A program made the position numbers and the translations under genes. Shown piece by piece: positions 47,122-57,520 of a DNA stretch of 64,000 nucleotides. This DNA comes from Mantamonas sphyraenae STR306 (Eukaryota; Protista; CRuMs). The DNA lies in assembly GCA_026936335.1 (NCBI GenBank), contig JAPMXV010000007.1, positions 314,273 through 378,272 on the forward strand. Direction: 5' to 3'. Below the pieces are notes generated by a model that worked only from the letters and a program-made list of their open reading frames with translations, had not been told where the DNA came from and made no database searches. The number at the start of each line of letters is the position of its first letter. Position 1 is the first letter of the stretch.

Positions 47122-50100
47122 ATGTCGGAGCGGAGTGCACAGTTGCGGGCTTTGTTTGAGAGGAAACGGAAGGAGAAAAAGAAGAGGGAGAGTGAGGAGA
47201 AGGAAAAGGAGAAGGAGGAGGAGGTGGTGGTAGAGGCGGCGGTGGAGGAGAAGGAGGATCTTGGGGATCTGAAGGGGGCGGAGGAGCTGGCCAAGGCTGT
47301 GCATGAGGTTGTGAGGGAAGAGGGCCAGGAGATGGCGCAACAAGACAGGGATACAGAGGCAGATCGGCTGGCAGGGGCGGTGGCAGAGCTGGGAAAGGAG
47401 GAGGAGGAGGTGGTGGTTGTGGTGGAAGAAGGGAAGGAGCAAGATGAGGAGGGTGGTGGAGAGGAGCAAGGTGTGGCAGGGGCTGGGGATGATGTGGTGG
47501 TGGATGTGGGAGGGGAGGTAGAGGTGGAGGAGGCAGAGGTGGAGAGCGGAGCTTTTGGCGGGACGGATGACAAAGGGCGGGAAACGCAGGAACGCGGGGG
47601 ATTGGTGAGTTGAGTGGGTGGGAGAAGGGGGAGATGGCGGGAGGGGGTATTGCGAGGAGGGCATTGACACGGAAGCGGGCAAGCAGCAATTCACAATGAC
47701 GGCAGCGGAGGGCCGGGAGGAAAGGATCAGCGCGTTGGTATGTTTTGCGTGGTTGTGGGAGGAGGGGGTTGAGGGTGGGGCAGAGCAGTGGCTGACGCGG
47801 GAGGAGTGGTGTGGGGCTGCAGGCGACTCGGGTGTACAAAGAGCCAAGCGTGCCGTTGTATCGGGATCTTGTGGTGGAGTTGAGCAGCCAGCATGTAAGC
47901 GCACAGGCGCGGATAGGGGAGCTGGAGAGATACATCGAGCTGATGGGAGGCGGAGATTCGTCGTCGGAGGAGAGCGATGAGGAGAGTGGGGAAGCAGCGA
48001 TGCTGAGGATGCAGGTGCAACGGCTGAAGAAGCAGCTGGCAGAAGGCGGGGGCGGCTCGGCAGGAGGTCAGCGGGTGCAGGAGCTGGAGGAGGTGGTACA
48101 TAGGCGGGAAGAGACGATTCGAGTGATGGGACAGAACAGGATGGAGATGGAGAACGAGTACAAGGCAAGGGTTCATGCGTTGGAGGCGCAGTTGAGGGAT
48201 TCGGAGGCAGCGATGGAGCGCGAGGAGGGGGAGGGGAGGGAGGAGGTGAAGAGGGTGCGTATGGAGAGAGATGAGGCGTTGAGGAGGGTTCGTGAGGTGG
48301 AGGGGAGGGAGGGGGAGGTTAGGAGGAAGTGGGAAGAGGAGCGGGGGGTTTGGGAACAGGAGAAGGCGGGGTTGGAGGCCGAGCGGGATCGGGTTGTTGT
48401 GGATTTGCAGGAGATGGAGAAGGTGTTGGAGGAGGAGCGAGGTGTGTGGGTACAGGAGAAGGAGGGGTTGCAGGAGAAGGTGGCAGGGTTGGAGGCCGAG
48501 CGGGATCGGGTTGTTGTGGATTTGCAGGAGATGGAGAGGGTGTTGGAGGAGGAGCGAGGTGTGTGGGTACAGGAGAAGGAGGGGTTGCAGGAGAAGGTGG
48601 CAGGGTTGGAGGCCGAGCGGGATCGGGTTGTTGTGGATCTAAACGAGGTGAAGAAGGTGTTGGAGGAGGAGAGAGAAGGGTCGACACAGGCAGTGGAGGA
48701 GGAGAGGAGGAAGCTTGCGGAGGAGGTGGAGAGGTTGGAGAGGATGCTCGAGAAGGAGCGGGGTGTGTGGGCACAGGAGAAGGCGGGGTTGGAGGCCGAG
48801 CGGGATCGGGTTGTTGTGGATCTGAACGAGGTGAAGAAGGTGTTGGAGGAGGAGAGGGAAGGGTCGACACAGGCGGTGGAGGAGGAGAGGAGGAAGCTTG
48901 CGGAGGAGGTGGAGAGGTTGGAGAGGATGCTCGAGGAGGAGCGGGGTGTGTGGGCACAGGAGAAGGCGGGGTTGGAGGCCGAGCGGGATCGGGTTGTTGT
49001 GGATCTGAACGAGGTGAAGAAACAGTTGGAGGAGGAGAGAGAAGGGTCGACACAGGCAGTGGAGGAGGAGAGGAGGAAGCTTGCGGAGGAGGTGGAGAGG
49101 TTGGAGAGTATGCTCGAGGAGGAGCGGGGTGTGTGGGCACAGGAGAAGGCGGGGTTGGAGGCCGAGCGGGATCGGGTTGTTGTGGATCTGAACGAGGTGA
49201 AGAAACAGATGGAAGAGGAAACAAGCAGGGCTCAACTGGAGCGCACACAGGCTGTACAGGCGCTTGAAAGTGACAGGCAGAGGCTGCAGGCAGAGCTGGA
49301 CACTGCCACACAGGCCCTAGGCCAAGCAAAGGAGCAACTAAAGGAGGTCGCGCGAGAACACGAGGAAGCACAGGAGTCCATGCGCAGCTCGTTGCATGCC
49401 CTCGAGGAGGAAAGAGGCAGGCTGCAGGCGCAATTGGAAGAGGCTGGGTCAGAATCTGCCGCTCAGCAGACAACCATCGACTCGCTGGAACAAATGCTGG
49501 CGTCTAAACAGGAGGACTTGCTTATGCAAGCCGTGGAGGAGAGCCAGAATCTGCAGCAGCAAGTGGCCACTCTCAAATCTGAGCTCGCACAAGCGCAGAG
49601 CAGATGCAAGCAGCTGGAGGAGGCCAACGACGAGCTGAAAAAGACGAGCGGAGACGCAGCGCGCGTGCCCGGTCTCGAAAGAGAACTCGCGCGCCTGAAC
49701 GAAGAGCTAGAGAGCACGCAGCACACACTTGCACAGACCAAACGTGAGGCACAGTCGTTGCAAGACTCGAACGGTCAGCAGAGCAGCGCCATCACCGCGC
49801 TTCAAGAGCAGCTCGCACAGCGGGAGAACGAGTACCAGGAAGCTCAGGCCACGCTCAACAAGCGCGAGAGTACCATTCGCAAAATGATGGAGAATAGGAA
49901 GCGCGCAGAGGACGAAACGGAAGCCGAAGTCGCTGACGAGCGGCGCAAGAGCGAGGCGCTTCGTACACAGGTCGAAGAGCTGCAGCAACAACTCGCAAGC
50001 ACACGCGCAGACCTGTTGCAGAGCCAGCAGGAGGCAAGGCAGGAACGCGAACAGCTGGACAAGGTCACCGAAGAGCGGGACGTGCACATGGAGCTCATGG

Positions 50101-53100
50101 AGAAGCTGCAGGAGGCGACACGCGTCGCAGAGGAACGCCTCGAGCAGGTCAGCCAGACAAAGGAGATGCGGGCAGAGGAGGAACGGCAGCTGATGCACCA
50201 GGTGCAGGTGCTGACGCAGGAGAACGGCCAACTGCGCGACCAGATCCAGCGGGTGTCGTTTGAGCGCTCGCCCGCCTTTGTCAAGATGGAAGAAAACCTG
50301 GCGACATACCGCAGTCTGTCTGCAAGTGAGAAAGAGCGCGCAGACTCGCTCGAGGCACGTGTGGAGGAACTCAACGCGGAGCTGGTCCAGGAGCGCGCCT
50401 CACGCGAGCAAGCAGTGCGAGACGAGCGCAAGTGGTACGCAGAGGCCGAACAGACACGTGCTACCCTGCAGGACACACGCGTGCAACTCGAGAGTGTCGA
50501 ACAGCAGGTGGAAAGTCTGCAGACACGGCGGGCGTTGCTGGTAACCGAGAACCACAGGCGCATGGAGGCAACAGAGAACCTGACCGCACAGTGTAAGCAG
50601 CTTCAAGAACAGGTGGCCATGCTGCAAGACTCGCTGGAGCAAGCGACACAGCTGGAGGAAAACACACAGGCAAGGCTGGTGGAAGAGCACGCCGCACTCG
50701 AGATGACACGCAAACAACTCGCACACGAGCGTGAACGCGCAGAGACTCTGAACACAGAACGCAGCAGTATGGCAAACAGGCTTCAGAGCGTGCAAAACAG
50801 CGTGGACGAGTGGAGGCAACGGTACGAGAGCGCCGAAGAAATCGGCAGGCAGGTCAAGGAACAGGCCGGGAAGCTGGAGAACAGCATGTTTGGGTACGTG
50901 CAACTGCAGCAAGCAGTGGAAAAGCTGCAATCCAGACTGGAGCAGACCAACGCACAACTGGCGCTGCGCGAAGAGGAGCTGCTCGAGCAACAGGAGGAGC
51001 TCGCATACGAGCGCAGCATGGGCCAGGACGTTCGTGGGCAAGTGGAGGAGCAGGAGGCGCACATCGACAAGCTCAACGTGGAGTTGCGGAGGTTGACAGA
51101 GGAGAACAGGCACGTTCATGCGCGTGCCAATTCCGTAGAGGCCATGATGGAGGAGGAGAGGACACAGAACGAGATTGCGTCTGCGGCCATGCAACAAGAC
51201 TTGGAGGAGACGGCACGCACACTGCAGGGGTTGGAAGACGCGTATGTGGTGCAGGGAGACGATATGGCACGCATGCGCAGTGACTACGAAGGGGCAATCC
51301 GCGATCAGCGCAGGACCATCCTGGACATGCAGCGCGAGCAACAGGCTTTGGCTGAGCGCGTGGAAGAGCTCGGCGGCTCGCTGTTGGACACAGAGGTCAA
51401 GTTGGAACGCGCACGCATGCAGCTGGAAGGAAGCATGGCCCTGGTGAAGGAGCTGAGCGTGGCCAACCAGCAGGTGAGCAACGAGCGTGCACGGTGGGCG
51501 GAACGCGCCACGTGGCTGGAACACCAGGTGGAGGCCAAGGTTGTGGAAGCACATCTGCGCGACGAGGAAATGCAGTGGATGCGCGTGGAGCACCTGCGCA
51601 GCGTGGCAAGCGTGCAAGCACGGCTGGACGAACGATACGCTGTGTGGTCACATGTGCAAACCGAATTGGGCCAAGAGATAGGCTTGATGGTGTTTGCCGC
51701 ACAGGAAGCAGAGGAAAACCTGATGACGGACATGTTCCGACTGCAGAAGCGCATCGTAGAAAAGACCGAACAGGAGGAGGCGTACGAACGCGTCATCGAT
51801 TCGATGCGCGAGGAGTTGACGGAAAGCATCAACCGAGCGCAGATGAGCCGCAGCGAGCTGGAGGTGCTGAACAGCAGCATGGTGTCGATGCACGACGAGG
51901 AGGAGGTCCGCAGTCTGCAAGCTGAGCTGGAACGCAGCAAAGCGCGGCTGCAGTTGGCCAGCAGCAACCGCATCAAGCTCAAAACCGAGCTGGAGGCGCA
52001 GTTGGAAGAGGCTCAGCGCAAAATGGAGGCAATGGTGGACAAGGCGGAACATGCAGAGGTGCTGGAGCAGCTTGAAGAGGCCACACGCAAGCTGGCTGGG
52101 ATGGTGGACAAAGGGGAACACGAGCGCAAGGTAGCCAAGCTGGAGGAGGCACTGGGGCAGCGTCGCAAGGGCGCAGACGACCTGAAGCGCGAACTGGTGT
52201 GGGTGCAGGAGCAGATCACGCAGGAATTCGTGAGCAAGGAGGTGCACAGTGAGACGGTGCAGGAGCGAGATGCACTGGACGCAAAGTTGAATGACGTGGA
52301 GAAGGAGCGAGACGAGCTTCGGGCGCGACTGGATGCAACCGTGGGCAGGGACGAGCTGGACGAGGTGGCACGCGAGCGCGCAGCTCTGGCACAGCAGCTG
52401 GCACGGATGGTTGACAAAGAGGCGTACGAAAAGGTCGTGGATGAACGCAATGCGCTTGCGACCAAGGTCGAAGCTATGGAGAAGACGCAGGAGGAACTTG
52501 ACAGGTCGCAGGAACTGGTGGCCGGAATGGTGGAACAGGAGCAGTATGCGGCAGTTGTGGAGGCGAGGGACAGTCTGCAGCGCAAGTTGAACCAAATGGT
52601 GGAGCGTGGGAAGCTGGAAGCGGCGCAAGAACGCATTCGAGAGCTACAGCGAGAGAAGAACGAGCTGCTTGCGTCGCGTGTGGAAGCCAGCGTTGTGGAA
52701 GAGCTGGAGGCACGTGTAAAAGAGCTCCAGGAAGCACAGGAAGAGGACGTGGTCGCACACGAGGTGGAGTCTCTACAGGCGGAAATCAAGGAGCTGCGCA
52801 GCATCCACAGCCAGGAGCGACAGACCATTCTGGGAGAGAACAAACGGCTGAACGCAGAACTGCGCACTGCCAACGCCCTGCTGGAGAACAAAGCGGACGA
52901 CAGGGAGATGCAGGCACGCATGGCACAGCTCGTGGAGGAGAACAGACGCTTGCGAGGACAGCTGGGCACCACACAGGACCTGCTTGCAAACAGGAAGCTG
53001 AACGAATCGACCCACAGTGAACTGGAAGATTTGGACGACGAGCAACGCGCAAGCTTGCTGTCACTTGGTTGGTCGAGCAGCGCGCCGCGGAACACACACG

Positions 53101-56100
53101 AGTTTGTGGCACAGAAGAAGAAGATGGCGCGGCTGATCTTGCGCCTCATCAGCGACAATGAGTTTCTGATGAGTCGCATCGAGCAGCAAGAGTCATTGGA
53201 ACAGGAGCTGAGCGCGTTGGCACGCAGGCTTCAGGAGCAGACGCAATTGGTGGATGCGACGGAGAAACAATGCAAGGAACTGGAAGCTGTGGCCGCCGAG
53301 CGATTGCACGAACGGCTGGCGATGCACAGCGAAGTCGAAGAGATGCGCGACGCAGTGGCGCGTGCGGAGGAGGCTCTGAAACGCAAGGCGAAAGAGTGGG
53401 GAGAGGAAAAGGAGAGCCTGGAGCAGCGCATCCGGCAGCTGAAACGCCGTGTGGACGAAAGCGTCGAAGAGATGGACAGTCTTCGGCTTTCGTCACGGCT
53501 CAGTGCCCCTCCACCTACGGTGATCGACGATTCCGAGGCAGCGCGTTGGCAACAAAGGTGCAAAGAGCTGGAGGCAATGGTGGCCATGCAGCAGGAGCAG
53601 CAGAGTGGGCCGGCGGAGTTGGTTGCGGCACTGAAGAGGGATGTGGCGCTGTGGAAGGCTCGGGCAGAGGCGAGTGGAGGCGAAGACGTGCGTATGGAGA
53701 CGCTGCGGCGGGAAGCCGACGAGTGGAAGAGACTTGCGTTGGAGGCAAGGGAGCAGCAGGGACAAGGAGGGACCAGCCAGCAGCAGCAGCAGGCGGCAGA
53801 GCTGCTGGAAGCAGCACGGCGAGAGGCAGAGGCATGGAAGGAGAGGTCGAGTGAGCAGGAAGCACAGCTGCAGGCAGAGGCAGAGAGGATGACACAGCGG
53901 GTGCGGGAACTGGGACGGCGGGTGACTGCGGAGCAGGAGCTGCGTGTGGCAGCAGAGGAGGAGGCGGAGAGGGCACGTGTGGGAATGAGTGGTGGTCGAC
54001 GGGAAGTGGAGGAGGAGCTGGAAGTGGAGGTGAAGAGATGGCGGAAGCGGGCACGGGAGGCTGAGCGGAGGGCGGAGGAGGCGGAAGCAGGGAAGGAACG
54101 TGCGGAGCGGGAAGGGAGGAAGGAGGCAGAGGAGCTTGGAGGGGCGCTGCACGCGGCGAAAGAGGAGGCGGGGAGGTGGAAGAGCAAAGCGGAAGAAGGG
54201 GTGGAAGAGTGGAGGAACAAGGCGGAGGAGCGGCAGATGGAGGTGGAACGGATGGAGAGGCGCGAGCGAGAGCTGCGTGGGCAGATGGAGCTGGCGCAAG
54301 AAGAGGCGCGGGAGGAGCGCAGCCGTGTGAGGAAACTGGAGCGAGACATGGTCGAGACACAGCGCGCATTGAGCATTGCAGAAGTGGCTGCAAGCGAGAG
54401 TCAGCAGCTGGGAGGGCAAGTGAGCGAGTGGAAGCAGCGAGTGCAGCAGGAAAAGGCGCGGCTGGAAGACACGGAGCTTGCACTGCAACGAAGCGAGAGA
54501 AAGGTGCGGGAACTGAGCCAACTGGAGACAGAGAAGGAAAGCGAGCTGAACGAAGCACGCACGACGTGTGTGCGTCTGCAACGGCAGACCAGCGAGCTGG
54601 AGAGACGCGTGGAGCACCTGGAAAGCGCGTTGGACGAAGCGACACGGCGCAACAAACAGATGGAACTGCGTGCAGCGATGGCACGGGACGAGCAAATGGC
54701 GTCGGAGAACGAGCGCAACAAGACTATGGAGAACATGCGAGCGCGGTTGGAACGGGAGAACGAAGAGTTGCAGCGAAAGATCCGAGAGCTGGATGGAAAG
54801 GTGGGCGAGGAACGGGCAGAGCGAGACAGGCTAGCAAGGGAAAACGCAGAGCGCGAAGCGACACAGGAACGAGTGGTGGGGGAGCGGGAACGTGCACGTG
54901 AAGAGCTGAGCCGTTCTCAGGGTCAAGAAGAGCTGTTGCGTCAGCGGGTGAAGGCGGCCGAGTCTGATCTGCACAAAGCGGAGGAGCAGGTGCGGACGTT
55001 GGGTGTGGAGGTGGAAACGACAACGGAACGTGCTGCCAAAGCAGAGAGAGAGGCGGAGAGAGTAGGGGAGCGGGCGCGAATCCTGCAGGAGCGGGTGGTG
55101 GAGATGGAGCGTGCGGAGGAGGCAAGTACGAGGCGGTTGGGACAGTTGCAAGCGGAATTGGACGCTTCCGTGGCCGAGGGACGTGAGCTGAGGAAGCAAG
55201 TGGCGAGATTGGGCGAGGAGGTGAAGTTCTGGGAAGATGCAAACGGGCAACACGAGGCGATGATCCAGAGCTTGTCGCGGGACCTGAACGCACTGCGCGT
55301 AGGCCGCGGAGGAGATGTGGTGGAGGATCGAGCACCTGCGACGGTGGGCGCAGATGTGTCGTTGGCGAAACAGGAAGCAGAGGCTCGGATGGGGCGTCTG
55401 GAGGCGGAGTTGGAAAGGACCAAGGTGGAGTTGAAGAAGCAGCAACGAGAGACCAGCGAATGGAGGAAGCTGGCAGAGAGTAGCCACGGAGCGGACGGGG
55501 AGGCGGAACGTTTGCGTGTGCAGCATGCGCGCGAGTCGGCGGCGTTGCGCTCCGAGGTGGAGGAGTGGAAACGCAAGGTGGAGGTGTACACAGTGCAGGA
55601 AGCACGTGCCGAGGAGGAGACTCGTGAGATGAAACGTGTGTTGGCGCAGTGGAAGGCGCGTGCAGAGGCGAGAAGTGAACAGGGGGAGTTGATAGAAGCG
55701 TTGAGGAAGGAGGTGGAGGAGTGGAAGACTCGTGCTGAAGCACAAGAGGGAGCCAGAGGGGAGGCGAAGCTGGTGCAGGCGCTGAGAAAGGAGGTGGGAG
55801 AGTGGAAGACGCTTGCTGAGGCGAGGGAGAGTGAATCCGGGTTGGTGGAGGCTTTGCAGCGTGATGTGGCAGAGTGGAAGGCACGTGCACATGCCAACGG
55901 GGGTGACGTGGAGCTGATAGAGGCGCTGAAGAAGGATGTGGCGCTGTGGAAGGCTCGTGCCGAGGCGGAAGAGGTGCAACGAGACAATGGGGAGTTGGTG
56001 ATTGCATTGAGGGAGGAAGTTGCGGCACTGAAGAGGGATGTGGCGCTGTGGAAGGCTCGGGCAGAGGCGAGTGGAGGCGAAGACGTGCGTATGGAGACGC

Positions 56101-57515
56101 TGCGGCGGGAAGCCGACGAGTGGAAGAGACTTGCGTTGGAGGCAAGGGAGCAGCAGGGACAAGGAGGGACCAGCCAGCAGCAGCAGCAGGCGGCAGAGCT
56201 GCTGGAAGCAGCACGGCGAGAGGCAGAGGCATGGAAGGAGAGGGCGAGTGAGCAGGAAGCACAGCTGCAGGCAGAGGCAGAGAGGATGACACAGCGGGTG
56301 CGGGAACTGGGACGGCGGGTGACTGCGGAGCAGGAGCTGCGTGTGGCAGCAGAGGAGGAGGCGGAGAGGGCACGTGTGGGAATGAGTGGTGGTCGACGGG
56401 AAGTGGAGGAGGAGCTGGAAGAGGAGGTGAAGAGATGGCGGAAGCGGGCACGGGAGGCTGAGCGGAGGGCGGAGGAGGCGGAAGCAGGGAAGGAACGTGC
56501 GGAGCGGGAAGGGAGGAAGGAGACAGAGGAGCTTGGAGGGGCGCTGCACGCGGCGAAAGAGGAGGCGGGGAGGTGGAAGAGCAAAGCGGAAGAAGGGGTG
56601 GAAGAGTGGAGAAACAAGGCGGAGGAGCGGCAGATGGAGGTGGAACGGATGGAGAGGCGCGAGCGAGAGCTGCGTGGGCAGATACAAGAGGTGGATGCCC
56701 TTAGTGGCGGTCTGCGAGAGCGGCTGGTTGGGATGCAAAACGAGATGGCGCAAACACGGGCTGCCCTGGAGAAGAAGCAGCAAGAGCTGGAGGAGGCAAG
56801 GAATCAGCAGAGAAAGTGGGTCAAGGAACAAGCCAACATGTTGGAGGAGGTGGAGTCGCTGAGGGAACGGCTGTTTGCAAGCAAGAGCAACAGCAGCGAG
56901 AGCGACAACAGCGAGTTGCTTGCAGACCTGCAGCACGACAACGAGCAGCTGGCAAAGGACCTTGTGGATGCCTTGCGGGAAATCAAGCGACTTCAACAGG
57001 AACCTTCAAAGATGTCGGAGGTGTCGTCGTCGTCGTCGTCGTCGTCGTCGACATCGTCTGTGGCGCAGGATCTGGTGTTGGCGGACAAACTTCTAGCCAA
57101 CAGAGTTGTGCGCCAGCGTGATATGTTGAGGGAGGAGAAACAGACACTTGTGGTGCTTGTAAAGCGTCATGCACCGCAGCTGCTGCGTCGGCGCGTCCGC
57201 TTGCGAGGATGTGCGGCTTGGCGTGCCGTGGCGTGGATGATCATCGCGGTACGTGTGTTGGGAGGCAGACGGGTGCAACGCATGCACGTGGCTGGAGTTG
57301 TGCGCGCGATGCAGCCGAAGCGACGATATGTGGGCGCCGAGGGGCTCGGTGTGTCGATCCACTTGAGAGCGGAAAGGCCAAGTGCGGCTCGCGTGGGGAA
57401 CAGGCAGCGCATTGAGCTGCCTGATCCGTTCTCGTTGTCTCCCTCGCAGGGGACTCTGGAAGGGGCGTTTGAGGCGAACCTGAGTGATTTGATCGCGCGA
57501 TTGGGAGCAAAGTGA
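47122..57515 (+). CDS. Giant coiled-coil protein (about 3400 aa) with a PACT-like C-terminus, probable centrosome/basal-body scaffold; exons 47122-47604, 47687-47737, 47823-57515
   Basis: Continuous E/R/Q/L-rich heptads. C-terminal EKQTLVVLV...AAWRAVAWMIIAVRVL resembles the PACT RFR.AV..VIA..RL motif. Two phase-0 GT-AG introns have branch points. Confidence 0.8.
48335..49210 (+). repeat. Coding tandem repeats: periods of 117 bp (x2) then 183 bp (x3)
   Basis: GAGCGGGATCGGGTTGTTGTGGAT recurs at 48381, 48498, 48615, 48798, 48981 and 49164. Confidence 0.95.
53622..54286 (+). repeat. 665-bp intragenic direct repeat, copy 1
   Basis: Near-identical to 56019-56683 (offset 2397 bp, about 4 substitutions seen). 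Confidence 0.95.
56019..56683 (+). repeat. 665-bp intragenic direct repeat, copy 2
   Basis: Near-identical to 53622-54286. Confidence 0.95.
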
Positions 57516-57520
57516 AAGGC

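Noticed and set aside
48335-49210. CRISPR-like regularly spaced repeats
   Set aside because: Intervening sequences are also repeated, periods are multiples of 3 within an ORF, the context is eukaryotic and there are no cas genes.
27600-57000. Many long antisense or alternate-frame ORFs (Ser/Pro/Leu/His-rich, up to ~720 aa)
   Set aside because: Shadow ORFs of GC-rich, skewed coding sequence opposite Hydin and the coiled-coil gene; no recognisable motifs.
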